A stretch of DNA of 64,000 nucleotides from contig NC_043009.1 in assembly GCF_006345805.1 (NCBI RefSeq), positions 44,516,001 through 44,580,000 of the forward strand, read 5' to 3'. The stretch comes from Octopus sinensis (lineage: Eukaryota). Position 1 is the first letter of the stretch. Every line of letters starts with the position of its first letter. The notes below the pieces were generated by a model. That model made no database searches. It had not been told where the DNA came from and saw only the letters and a program-made list of their open reading frames with translations. The translations under genes and the position numbers were made by a program. This document shows, in pieces, positions 37,267 to 49,954 of this stretch.

Positions 37267-37779
37267 GGTGGTGGCTGCAGTGATGGTGATGATGGTTGTT
37301 GTGATTGTTGAAATAATCATAGTGCTTATGGTGGTGGGGGTAGTTGTGGCTGCCATAGTGGTAGTGTTGATGATGTTGGTTGTGTCTACAGTGATGACAC
37401 TAATGATGATGATGATGATGATGATTATAAGAATGGTAATGACAGTAACTCCTCCCCTCCCTCATTCACACCTTATCTGTAATTCTGATGAATAAATTTA
37501 TCAAAGAGGAAACATTGGAATGTTGTAACTGTCATAGTCGCTGTTTGAAGGCCAGGCTTGAATGCTTGCAACAGTGTGGGCTCACTAGAACTCCTGGGTC
37601 CAGGTCTGGTGTTAAACAAGGAAAAAAGTAATTTAGTTTACCACCTCAAGAATAGGTACAGTTTATCCCTAGGAGCCCCTCACAGTTTTTTGCCAACCCA
37701 GTTTCAATCACAAAGTATATATCTGAGGTGATGGTAGATGATACTTGGGCCTCCTGGTGTCATGCACTGGTATGAGACA

Positions 37780-38990
37780 TGGGATTATGGGATTGTAAAG
37801 TGAACTTTACTCTATGATTCTTCTAGAATTGGATAAATCTCCTTGTTGAGCCTCCCTGCTAATGTCTGTGCTAGGTGTTTGTAGAAGAGATATAGGAAAA
37901 TTGTTGAGCCCAAACTTGCTGAAGAACAGTGTGGCTTCTGTCTTGCATGCAGCTCAACAGACTGTATGGTAGGTCTTTGAGAAATCGTGGGAATATTGTC
38001 AAGAGGTGTACCCTTGCTTTGTAGACCTCATGAAGGCAAGTAAGTGTATGCCGTGAGACTTACTGTGGAGAGTTTTGCAGGAGTTTAAGATTAATGGGCA
38101 ACTACTGGTTATTGTAAAGCCCAGATGTTTGGGTAAATGGATCTAAGTTGAAACCTTTCAAATTGGGTGCTGGTCTTTGCTGAGAATATGTATTGTCAAC
38201 TCTCTTTTTTATAATTTTTATGTGCAGCTGTTGTGGAAGTAGAAGTTGTGTTACAATCTGTAGGTGTAGGATCAGTTAGGTGATATTTGTAGATGACCTA
38301 GTGTTACTTGGCTCCTCAGAAGATGATCTCCAGCAAGCACTGAATGGGTTCATTGCTGAGTGCTGAAGGCTGTTATGAAAAATAAGTGTTGTTGCGACTG
38401 AGACACTGTTCCTCTCAAGAAAGTGTTCCCAGTGCACTCTGCGTACTAGTGGAACATCATTCAGATAAGTGTGAAGGTTTAAGTGTCGTGGGCCCATATT
38501 CATATGTGATGGGAAGCAGGTGTTGAATTAGGTGTTAGAATTACAGGTGCTGACACAGTAAAGTACTAGCTTCAGCATTCAATCCTCAAAAAGAGGACAG
38601 GTTGGTCAAAAAGTCAAACTTGCTATCTTCATTTTGCATTATATTCCTCATCTTTCTTTTGGTCATGAATGTTGGATAATGACTGAAAGAGTACAGTCAC
38701 AGATACAAGCGGCTGAAATGGGATTCCTCTGGAAGGTCTCTGGTTTAATGTTACTTGGCAGCATGCACAGCTTGGCGATTAGAGAGCCTCTCTTCAGGTT
38801 GAGCTGCTACTTCTCAGTATTGAGAGCACAAATGATTAGAATTTTGCAGGAAAGAATTGCAAAGAGATTCTTCAAGTTGAACCAACCAGACAGAGACTTA
38901 GGGGAAGGCCAAGAGCAAGATGGTTAGAACCCTATGGAGAAGGTTCCTGAAGACCTCTACACCAACAATCCTCGTAGAAATAGAGCAGAG
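37780..38990 (+). mobile_element. Degenerate RTE-clade RT remnant
   Basis: Broken frames resemble ISLLSLP...IVEPKLAEEQCGF...EKSWEYCQEVY.CFVDL..., DDLVLLGSSEDDLQQAL and FGHECWIMTERVQSQIQAAEMGFL; many stops and indels. Confidence 0.65.
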
Positions 38991-39199
38991 AAGGTGGATG
39001 GATGAATGGATTAATAATAAGAATAATAATAGGTTGTGTTATTAAGAAGGTATCCAGCTATTGAAAATTAGCCTCAATGAATTCTGTCTGATCTATGCAA
39101 GCAGGAATGATGATGTTCATTTGGAAGAAGCTGAGATCATAGCTGTGTAAGCCCATTGAGATAAACGCAATTGTTTCTCTTGCATAGATACTAAAAAAA

Positions 39200-39560
39200 A
39201 AACATATGCAAGGGAAGAGTTCCAGAGGGCTAACATTCTAGGAAGAAGGACTGCCCATGTGGTTAGTATAATTCTTAAGGAAAGGAGTGGCAATATGGCT
39301 GATGAGAGAAGAGATGAGGGGGAGAAGGGAGTGTATGCGTAGGGTTGACCTAAGACTAGCTAGCTCAGATAAGCAAAGACCATTGTCGTAGTGGTAGAAA
39401 GGTCAGGATGAGGAGATACAGTACATCTGTGGGTCAGTGGTTGGAGTGTGTTGGTGACTAACTTTATATTGACCAGTCAGGTGGCTTTTCTTTAGATGCC
39501 ACCTGGGATAGATGCAGCTGTGGGTTTCTGAATCAGGTGAAGAATTTTCTGATCCTCAAG
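39200..39560 (-). mobile_element. Highly degenerate L2/CR1-like 3' remnant
   Basis: Only weak residual similarity (…QSFF…, RKAT…) in broken minus-strand frames. Confidence 0.3.
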
Positions 39561-42116
39561 GGGAACTGCAGTCGTTACTAAGGTTTTTGTTTTGCACGCA
39601 GCAAATCTACAGATATTTGGTAACCATGAACTGCTGTAGAATTTTTTTTTTTTAAGAGAAGGTACAGCAGTAGTTCTCTTAAATTTTGCTAGTTTATTTA
39701 TTGCTTATTGTGCTAGTTACCTGCTTTTCTAAACTTATCCTTGAGGTACAAGGCCTATTGAATCCTTAATCAGAAGGATTGATTCCCATGACATCAGAGC
39801 ATGTTCACACACTAGTAGGCTTTTGTGACACATGTCTAGGAACCATCCCTCCTCAAGTCTTGAATGCATTAGCTATAAGACCACCTTCTGTTCTTTGACC
39901 CCCTGAGTATGGCCGTCAACAGGTACCTAGTGATGGTGTGGCCTAATGTTTGTAGTGATCTTCATGGTTATTGTTGCGGAATATTTGTGTTTAGGGAGAT
40001 AGGTGTGATATATTTTTCTTGATTGTGTCTTTTAATGTTGAAGGAGATAAGGTTAGCGTGTCACCCCATTTTCTCAGTTCAGGATCTTCTAATTTAAGTG
40101 TGAGGTAGAGAGGCTGCATGTGGTTGATACGTGTGTGTGAAGTGTATTCTTTTATTCTTTTCCTTGTTTCAGTAATTTCACTGTGGCCATGCTAGAGCAC
40201 CATCTTTGATCTCAGGACTTATCCTGACATTTTCTTTTGCCTAACCACTAAGTTATGGGGACATAAAGACGCCAACACCGGTTGTCAAGCGATGGTGATG
40301 GGGAGAAACACAGACATGCTAATACATACATACATATATGATGGGCTTTTTTCAGTTTCCGTCTACCAAATCCACTCAAGGCTTTGGTCAGCCTGAGGCT
40401 ATAGTAGAAGACACTTACCCAAGGTGCCTTATAGTGGGACTGAACCCAGAACCATGTGGTTTGGAAGCAAGCTTCTTACCACACAACCACAGCTGCACCT
40501 GTATGTATAGTTTGTATTGGCTAGTGCTTGTATGTGGCCTATATGCACAGGCAGCAGGTGGTTGGTGCTTGTGTGTGACCTCTATGTATAGGCTGCAGGT
40601 GGTTGATGCTTGTGTGCGGCCTCTATGTATAGGCTGCAAATGGCTGGTGCTTGTGTGTTGCCCGTATGTGTAGGCTTCAGGTGGTTGATGCTTGCATGTG
40701 GAAGTTTAAGGAGAAATGTAATGTATCATCTACATAGGACCAGATGTTGTTGAAGGGGTCATCAAGTGGGCTGTTACAATATAGAATAAAATGTGGGTGG
40801 CACAACCAAGCATTAGGGTACCTTAGAATTGGAGTACCCCAATGGGTCATGATGATATCTCACATTCTGATGTAAACATTTGTCTGTTCAAAACCCTCTC
40901 TGTGCACCCACAGGGTTTATGCCTTTAGGCTTTGCTGAATGTTATTAATTTGTGACACTAATTTACATAAAATATGTCCAAGTTCATCTTTTGTCCATTT
41001 AATTTCCTTTTAATCATAATTAACCTAAGACATTTCAGGTAAAAGTCAAACTGAAATTCTTTTAGGATCTTTATGGTTCCTGTCACAGATTTTGTATTTT
41101 TTTTTCTCTTCAATTTTCTTCTGATTGTTTTAAAATTTGGTTATACCTATTTAGTTTGTAAGCTAATTCATCATCATCATCGTTTAACGTCCGTTTTCTG
41201 CGCTAGCAAGGGTTGGATGGTTTGACCGGGGTCTGGGAAGCCAAGGGCTGCACCAGGCTCCAGTCTGATCTGGCAGTGTTTCTACAGCTGGATGCCCTTC
41301 CTAACGCCAACCACTCCTAATTATTGTTCTAATTAGGAAATTAAATTAATTTTTCCCATAAATTATCAAATAAAATGTTAGTAACTTTTAAAGTTTTCAA
41401 ATATTGGATAATTTTAGCCACTCAAAATCCCCCACTGTACATACACATCACCATAAGTTTCACATTGGTGTCTGTCTCTATAGTGACAAGCAAAGCTGTA
41501 GTCTGCTCTGTTTTCATTGTAACCAGAATGTTGTATATGCATCACTGTAACACTTTCATCATTGCAACCATCACTATAAATTTTGATGAGAATTGCTTTG
41601 TGTTTGACAACAATCATGCAGAAAATGCCGGTTTCTGATTTGTTTTCTGATTGGCTAAAAATGATCAAACTTTGAATCTCTGTAGTAGTTTATCTAAATT
41701 CCATTTTTTTTTCTTTCTGAAGTAAATAAATTTCAGATTCAGCATGAAAAACTTACATCAGTATACTAAATTTGAAAATTTTCATTTAATTTTAAAATTT
41801 CAAATCTGTGATAGCAACAGAAAAACGATCTTCCTTTCACTTCAGTAACTATCTACTGTTGCTATCAACAACAAGGTCTCTGTTAATGGTGTTTTTTTTT
41901 ATTGTTCTAAATTTAAACAAAGCTATAAAGGGTTTATCATTTCCCAGTAAAACATTTTCTCAGAATAACCCTCAACAGAATGAGGATCTCAAATTTGTTA
42001 GTTTGTCCTTGAGGCACATTTCATTGTCTGTTTTCTGAGTTTTTTTTTTAAATATTTTTTTATTTTGTTTGGTTTTGGTTTTTCTTCTTTCATTTCCTAA
42101 TCTTATATCTGTAGAC

Positions 42117-42490
42117 CAGTGATTCTCAACCATGGTCCATATGAACCCTGAGGGTCCATATAAGGTTTTTGGGGGTCCATGCAAGTAAAATAGTCAATTA
42201 GAGATCCATGGTTGTATTTTAAGTTGTATTTTTACTTTAGATTGATTTATTGCAAGAAGCAGTTCAGTTTCTTTCTCCAATGTTTTACATAATTCAACAT
42301 GTTTCCAGCCACTAAAACATATTCACATGACCATAACCTACACAAATGAATGGATGAAGAACAAAATAAGTATTTTGAAAGAAGCATCTATAAAACTAGA
42401 TTTTAAACATCGAATGACTATGGGGGTCCACCAAAATAAAATAGTAATCAAAGGGGTCCATAGATAAAAAGAAATGGTTGAGAACTACTG
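42117..42490. mobile_element. hAT-type MITE
   Basis: TIRs CAGTGATTCTCAACC / GGTTGAGAACTACTG (13/15); perfect 8-bp TSD CTGTAGAC. Confidence 0.85.
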
Positions 42491-42515
42491 CTGTAGACAA
42501 AAAAACCTTAATTGT

Positions 42516-43215
42516 TCATCATCATCATCATCGTTTAATGTCTGCTTTCCATGCTGGCATGGGTTGGACGATTTGATTGAGGACTGGCGAGCCAGATGGC
42601 TGCACGAGACTCCAATCTGATCTGGCAGAGTTTCTACAGCTGGATGCTCTTCCTAATGAACGCCAACCACTCCGAGAGTGTAGTGGGTGCTTTTACATGC
42701 CACCGGCGTGAGGGCCAGTCAGGCGGTACTGGCAACAGCCATGCTCAAATGGTATTTTTTACATGCCACTTGCACAGGAGCCAGTCCAGCGGCACTGGCA
42801 ATGACCTCGCTTGAATATTTTTTTATCGTACCACTGGCACAAGTGCCAGTAAGGCGACACTGGTAACGATCATGCTCAAATGGTGCTTTTTATGTGCCAC
42901 TGGCATAGGAGCCAGTCAGCTCCCTGGCAACGATCACACTCAGATGGTACTCTTAGCACTCCACTAGCACGGATGCCAGTCATCGATTTCACTTGTCTTA
43001 ACAGGTCTTTGCAAGCAGAGTTTAGTGTCTAACGAAGGAAAGGTATGCATAAGTGGGCTGGTTACGTCTCTGGCATAGGCCACAGGTTATGGTCTCACTT
43101 GGCTTGCCGGCTCCTCTCAAGCACAACATATTTCCAAAGGTCTCAGTCACTAGTCATTGCCTCAGTGAGGCCTACTGTTTGAAGGTTGTGCTTCACCACC
43201 TCATCCCAGGTCTTC
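42516..43215 (-). mobile_element. RTE-clade LINE 3' end (ORF C-terminus + repeat-containing 3' UTR + (GAT)n tail)
   Basis: Minus-strand translation KTWDEVVKHNLQTVGLTEAMTSD*DLWKY is an RTE C-terminus. It is followed by ~60-bp tandem units and the GGGCATCCAGCTGTAGAAAC...GTTAAACGATGATGA-type tail. Confidence 0.75.
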
Positions 43216-43346
43216 TCTCTCTATATACACACATGGGTGGATTTGGTGGATGAAAACTGAAAAAAGCCAGTTGTGTGAATATATATCATCATCGTCATCA
43301 AATGTCCATTTTCCATGCTGGCATAGGTTGGATGGCTTGACAGAAA

Positions 43347-43461
43347 CTGAAGAAGGCTGGAGGGTATATCCGCCGAAACGTGTTAACAACAAACAAGATG
43401 AGGACAAATATCCATCGAATGTAAATAATGTACATAATTCCTCATCTCTTAAATATAGAAC
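43347..43461 (+). mobile_element. Short repeat fragment starting with a hammerhead-like core (probable Penelope-type pLTR remnant)
   Basis: CTGAAGA-A-GGCTGGA-GGGTATA-TCCGCC-GAAACGTGTT: canonical core plus helix II; no helix I partner upstream. Confidence 0.45.
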
Positions 43462-44700
43462 TATATCTTCTAAGAACTCTCCTATAAACTTCTGAGACTC
43501 AATAGATACTCTGTTACCTCACCACATATAAACTATGCCTAAATTCCATAGATACTCACAGTTACCCTGTCATATATATATCGTTCATCATCGTTTAACG
43601 TCCGCTTTCCATGCTAGCATGGGTTGGACGATTTTGACTGAGGGCTGGCGAACCAAATGGCTGCACCAGGCTCCAATCTTGATTTGGCAGAGTTTCTACA
43701 GCTGGATGCCCTTCCTAATGCCAACCACTCCGAGAGTGTAGTGGGTGCTTTTTATGTGCCACCGGCGGGGGGGGGCAGTTAGGCAGCACTGGCAATGACC
43801 TCGCTCGAACCTTCTTACACATGCTACCAGCACAGGTGCCAGTAAGGCGTGTATCTTAAATTCTCTTTCAACCGTTTAGCATTCAAACTGGCCATATCGA
43901 GCCCAAATATTCTACCTGTTTTATTATGTTCAAACTAGCCAGGTCTGGCCTCTCATGCCTACTCTACAATGTCATCCTAACTATAAACAATCATATTGTA
44001 ATCTCCAAACTACAAGATAACGGCAATGTGAATAAATAAGCATTACATTTAACAGAATAATCTGAATGCTAAAGGGTTAAGCTATTAAGGTCCCCCGTAG
44101 ATCCCCTGTTTCCTCACCACATATAAACTGTGGCTCCGTAACCAAATTGTTTTTGAATACATAGTTTTGTTTCATTTTATTTTTCATTTTATTTACACTG
44201 ACTTTTCTATGGTTTTTTTTTTTTTTTGCTGAGAATCCAAACCCCACCCCTAATCCTTCCTACTTCATTCTAATGCCTGTGCCACAAGCAATGTAAGAGC
44301 TAAATGTGTGTGTGTGTGTGAAATGGTGTTAACTATCATACTCAGAAACCAAATTGAAACGACTAAAATCAATTACTCTGACATTTGGCTCAGTCTTGCG
44401 CGGATTTCTTTTCCCACACTAAGCTCACTTGCACCCCCACCCGCCCCTGCCTTCACTTTCCCATCCACCCCGTGCTTACCCTTCCTCCCACACCACCTTC
44501 AGGTTGCATTACATTCTCCCCTCCCCTCCCCCCACACCACCACTGAATATCTGTTCCTCATGTCTGGCAGTGGTGGTGTCTGTTCTTTCTATGGTAATTC
44601 CCAAGTTTCCTCCTGTCCTCTCTAAATACCCTCCCCGTCACCCAAAGCCTAAACTCTCTAAATGTTATACTCAGAGGAATTACTGGTTTCTATCCATCTT

Positions 44701-44741
<41 letters not shown>

Positions 44742-45102
44742 TTCTTCCTTTGTTATTTCTCTCTCTTTCTCCCTCTCTCTTTACCCCCACCCCTCCTTGT
44801 TACATATACTGAATCTTGGGAAATTATTTCGACATTCAAAATTATTCCCTTCAATGTTTTATTTACACTTATCATCTTCACCATTACCATCACTCCAACC
44901 ATTTTCATTGCTGCCACCACCGTCACTACCACTTCTTCTAGCATCACTACCACCTCAATACCACTACCACCACTGCTGCCATCCTTGGCCATTAGCACCA
45001 CTTTTTCCTAAAATCACTGCTACCATGTATTTATTTGTGTTTGCCACAATTTCGCTTTGAATCCCTTCTGCCACTTTCCGGGGCTATATCTATACATATG
45101 AA

Positions 45103-45408
45103 GGCGCATGGCTCAGTGGTTAGAGCATCAGGCTCACAATCGTGTGGTAGTGAGTTCAATCTCTGGACCAGGCTGTATGTTGTTTTCTTGAGCTAGACAT
45201 TTTATTTCACTTTGCTCCAGTTCACTCAGCTGACATCTCTGGTACCAAGCTGTGACTTCACTTGCAGCCAAGCTGCAATGTCATTTGTGCCGAGCTGTAT
45301 TGGCCTTTGACTTTCCCTTGGGTAACGTCAGTGGCATGGAGAGGGAAGACTGGTATGCATCAGCAACTGCTGGTCTTCCGTAAACAAACTTGTCTGGACT
45401 TGTGCCTC
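45103..45408 (+). mobile_element. tRNA-derived SINE family C
   Basis: GGCGCATGGCTCAGTGGTTAGAGC A-box, GAGTTCAATCTC B-box, CORE-like body. A second copy is at ~22340-22672 (-) and a partial copy at ~6440-6605 (-). Confidence 0.75.
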
Positions 45409-45641
45409 TGTATGTATGTATGTATGTATGTATGTGTGTGTGTGTTTGTGTCTGTGTTTGTCCCCATACCCCGCTTGACAACCGATGTTGGTGTGTTTAC
45501 ATCCCCATAACTTAGCAGTTCAGCAAAAGAGACCGATAGATTAACTGCTAGGCTTACAAAGAAGAGATCCAGGGGTCAATTGTTTGACTAAAGGTGGTGC
45601 TCCAGCATGACCACAGTCAAATGACTGAAACAAATAAAAGA

Positions 45642-45674
<33 letters not shown>

Positions 45675-46470
45675 ATATATATAATATATATATATATATA
45701 TCATAGACTCTCCCATCATCAGATGATATATGAGGGTTCTGCAATTTCTTACTGAATAACCTCTCAACATTACCTTTACAGGTGCATAATGTGTCACATG
45801 TCAGATAACAAAATGATCATAGAGCAACACAAAATGATGTGTTTTGCTGAAGAACAATACACAACGCCCAGTCAGGAATCAAAATCACTATCTTGCAGTT
45901 GTGAGTGCAACACCCTAACCACTAAGTCACCAAAAGCTAGGTGATTGGGTGCCAAAATGTTGCTCTTGTCACAAGATATTTACTCCAATGTCCTGTTATA
46001 ATCACTCCACCTTCCAACACACACACACACCATTTTTCAAACCTTCCACTGAAAAACTGTTTTTCAGTAAATCAGAATAAACTTCTATCTCACGTTCTAT
46101 AATGAACTCATCTTGCTCTACTGCAAAAACTGTCTGGTAACTATCTAAACTGGCTTTCTCATTATATTTAGAATGTTGTGTGGCAAGGCACCATTACATC
46201 AGCAGTAATCGTTGAACTGTGACAATGACCTAGTTTTGGTTTCCCCTTGGAAACTAACTGCTTCACCTCACTCACTCATGACCATCACAGCTTCCCATTT
46301 TTGTAAATCCTGTAAGCTTCCTGTGCTTATGTAAGACACCAGATACCATTACATGTGTGGTTTTTGTGTATGATAGATATATTTGTTTGCAGCGTGTGTG
46401 TATATGTATACACACACACACTCAGAGGACTATCAATAGTTTTCTTGGATTCTAGTTTATTTATTTATAT

Positions 46471-46668
46471 AGTCGCCATGATTGACCGCTAACTCCAAAA
46501 GTTTTTTTTTATTTTCTCTCTGTTTATTTCTCCGTATTCCTTTCTGTTGAAGAGCATAGGCTCAAAACGTAAAAGACTTTCACACCTTCCCAAGCGTCAA
46601 ACTAATACACCTGCTTGTTGTTTATACACCTGTCATCATCTTTTGTTTTTCTGTAAATTTCAACTATA
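46471..46668 (+). mobile_element. Short repeat fragment with degenerate hammerhead-like motif, ending in (TA)n (probable Penelope-type pLTR remnant)
   Basis: CTTT-CTGTTGA-A-GAGC-ATAG-GCTC-AAA-AC-GT-A|AAAG at 46540-46575. Helices I and II and palindromic ACGT are present; core positions 6 and 12 deviate. Confidence 0.4.
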
Positions 46669-46678
46669 TATATACACA

Positions 46679-46737
<59 letters not shown>

Positions 46738-48055
46738 CACACATATATAAAATATGAATTAGAGATAAAACTCTAATTCATATTTTATATTTTTATACTG
46801 TGAAATTTGATTTAATACTAAATCTAATTTTTCCCTGTAAGTTTGGAGCCATACTTTCTAATATTATTATATATATACGCACACACACTTACATCTGTGT
46901 TTATTAGTGTATATGAAAATGCAAGTGGCTTAATCAGGAACTGAGTATTGAAACTAAGACCATGACATGAAGGAAGATACATTTTTAATAATTTAAAACA
47001 ACATAAAAATACTAGTTTCCTTTTTTATTTATGTCTCTAGAGAGATGCAGGCATGGCTGTATGGCTAAGAAGCTCGTGTCTCAACCACCTAGTTTCTACT
47101 ATAACATCAGATTGGCTAATGCCTTTTGAAGGAATTTGGTAGATACATACTGGAAACCTTCTTTTTGTGTGTGTGTTTGTATGTGAATATTTGCAAAACT
47201 ATATTGAGCTACGTCTTCAGATGGTAATATCACCTGTCACCATTTGCATTTGATGCAAATGGTGAAACTTGTTGACAATTCCCATCAAACAAATTGAATG
47301 TTGTCTCTACATTTTTCAAATTCCTCTGGAATAAAATAAATTCTTTTACTTGAAAAAAAAAAGAACAGGTCAGTGTTGGCAACAGGAAGTGCATCCAGCC
47401 ATAAAAAAAACAGAGATGAGGGTTGTGAATTAGTACTATATTGTAAGAGTGTGGCAGGATTTAATAAAGTATTGTTACAATATTATATTAGGGGGCAAGC
47501 TGGTAGAATTGTAACCACATCAGGCCAAATGCTTAGCATCATTTCGTCTGTCTGTTATGTTCTGAGTTCAAATTCTGTCATGGTTAACTTCACCTTTCAT
47601 TCCTGTGCGATTGATAAAATAAGCACCAGTTGATTACTGGGATCAATGTAATCAACTTACCCCATCCCCCAAAATTCCTGGCCAAAATTAGAACCCCCCC
47701 CCCGTGTTATATTGGGGTGGAGTGGGGTAAAACTTAAGGAACAGTTGTGATTTATGATATGTTGGCTGGGTACAATTTAACAAAATAAGGATATGCAACA
47801 TTATAATCCCTTTAAATTTAATACAAAGATAGAGGTACATGTGTGTGCTTGTGTACCTTCTTGTTTCAAAGAAACCAAAAATATTTTAATAGGAGAGGCT
47901 CAGCTGGAACCTTGTCCATTTCACAGGTTTGGATGAAATCATCCAGACCCCATGAAATGGGCAAGCTTTCTGTAGGGCCTCTCACTATCACAATAAAATC
48001 ATCCACTCTACATGTATTGAGTTTTCATTTGAACTATAGTCTTCCCAAATCTATA

Positions 48056-48464
48056 CTCTTTACTCTCTTTTACTTGTTTCAGTCATTTGACTGCGGCCAT
48101 GCTGGAGCACCGCCTTTAATCGAGTAACTCAACCCCGGAGCTTATTCTTTGTAAGCCCAGTACTTATTCTATCGGTCTCTTTTGCCGAACCGCTAAGTGA
48201 CGGGGACATAAACAAACCAGCATTGGTTGTCAAGCAACGCTAGGGGGACAAACACAGACACACAAACATACACGCACACACACATATATATATACACATA
48301 TATACGACGGACTTCTTTCAGTTTCCGTCTGCCAAATCCACTCACAGGGCTTTGATCAGCCCGAGGCTATAGTAGAAGACACTTGCCCAAGATGACACAC
48401 AGTGGGACTGAACCTGGAACCATGTGGTTGGTTAGCAAGCTACTTACCACACAGCCACTCCTGC
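48056..48464 (-). mobile_element. tRNA-derived SINE family B (CORE-like TTGGGCAAGTGTCTT), full length
   Basis: Head GCAGGAGTGGCTGTGTGGTAAG...GGTTCCAGGTTCAGTCCC, internal (CA/TA)n, tail GGTGCTCCAGCATGGCCGCAGTCAAATGACTGAAACAAGTAAAAGAG. Partial copies lie at ~25030, ~31303, ~35044, ~40170 and ~51123. Confidence 0.8.
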
Positions 48465-49851
48465 ACCTATGCTGAACATATCTCTCATATATATATACAT
48501 TTCTAAGTGCATACATTGTCAATCCTCTGTTGGTTGACCTGATCTTAGAATGTCTCATTCATCATACTCTTGTGTCATCTGTCACACACACACACACAGT
48601 AGCAACAAAAAAAAAAAATGTCAGCTTGCTTTATGATTATCCTGTTATATTTTTGTCATATTTCCGCCTATGGCTCAATACCATTGCTGCTGCCAACCAC
48701 TTTACATCAAGGACTCGGTACATTTATATTATGCCACCAGTATTACAAATATTGCTTGTGGCAGAACTAAACAGTTCTCTTTACCATTTCTTTGTTCTTT
48801 TCTTTTATTCTGAATGAGTTTTACAGTTGGATACCAGCTATATCTTCAACAGCTTTACTCTATGGATTATGTGTAGTTTATCTAAAGAGATTAACAGGAT
48901 TAAGATAAATACCATAAAGTCCTTCACAAATATTGGCTTCAAATTTTGACACAAGGCCAGCAGTTTTGGAGTGGGGGTAAGTTACATCAACCCCTGTACT
49001 GGAAGGATGAAGGGGAAAGTTGACATCAGTGGAATTTGAACTTAGAACGAAATACTGCTAAGTGTTTTGCCTGGTGTACTAACAATTCTGCCAGCTTGCT
49101 GCCTTATTTAATCAGAATATTGGTTTCAAATTTTGGCACAGGGCCAGCAATTTAGGGGGAGGGGTAAGTTGATTACATCGACCTCAATTGGTACCTGCTC
49201 AATTGGTACTTATTTCATTGACTCCAAAAGGATGAAAGGCAAAGTTAACCTCCATGAAATTTGAACTCAGAATGTAAAGACAGATAAAATGTTGCTAAGT
49301 ATTTTGCCGAGAGTGCTAACAATTCTGCCAGCTTGCCACCTTGTTCTCCGCAAATATTCTTTTCTACTCTAGGCACAAGGCCTGAAATTTTGGGGGAGGG
49401 GGCCAGTTGATTAGATCAACCCCAGTATGCAACTGGTACTTAATTTATTGACACACTGGTACTATTATTATTATTATTGTCATCATCATCATCATTGTGG
49501 TGAGCTGGCAGAATTGTTAGCACGCCAGGAAAAATGCTTAGCAGCAATTCATGTCTCTACATTTTGTGTTCAAATTCCGATGTGGTTGACTTTGCCTTTC
49601 ATCCTTTTGGGCAACATACCCCAATCCCCAAACTTGCTGGCATTGTGCAAAAATTTGAAACCATTGTTATTATTGTTGTTGTTTTTTTTATGTTTGTATT
49701 GTTCTAAGTTTACCCTTTATTTTACTCATTTGCTCTTTGGTTTTTGTTTTTTTTCTTCTTAATTTGTTGAAAAATCAAAAAGTAAAAAAAAATATTCCTA
49801 AAAACAAAACTTTAGAACTCAACTCCATCTCCATGTTTTCTTTTCTTCCAG

Positions 49852-49954
49852 ACACATATAGTATATTTGGTACAGAAAAAACACGGAGTTTCAAAAAGGT
49901 CAATAATTCAACAGTGGACCGTTCTTCGTCGTTAGGAAGCCATGCTTCCCTGCC
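49852..49954 (+). CDS. Gab: Probable further Gab exon (DTYSIFGTEKTRSFKKVNNSTVDRSSSLGSHASLP)
   Basis: Strong acceptor ttttcttttcttccag| and donor |gtaagt. The phase-1 start (G+AC=Asp) continues the 33735-34796 exon; open frame, 103 nt, ends phase 2. Assignment rests on splice signals, phase and composition rather than a domain match. Confidence 0.65.

Noticed and set aside
36907-37495. Thr/Ile- and Met/Val-rich ORFs; similar ones at 4757-5077 and 44308-45060
   Set aside because: Trinucleotide microsatellite (GAT/GGT/CAC) content, with no splice-compatible or domain signal.
45103-45175. tRNA-like sequences (SINE heads throughout the window)
   Set aside because: A/B boxes are present but there is no complete cloverleaf, and each continues into a SINE body.
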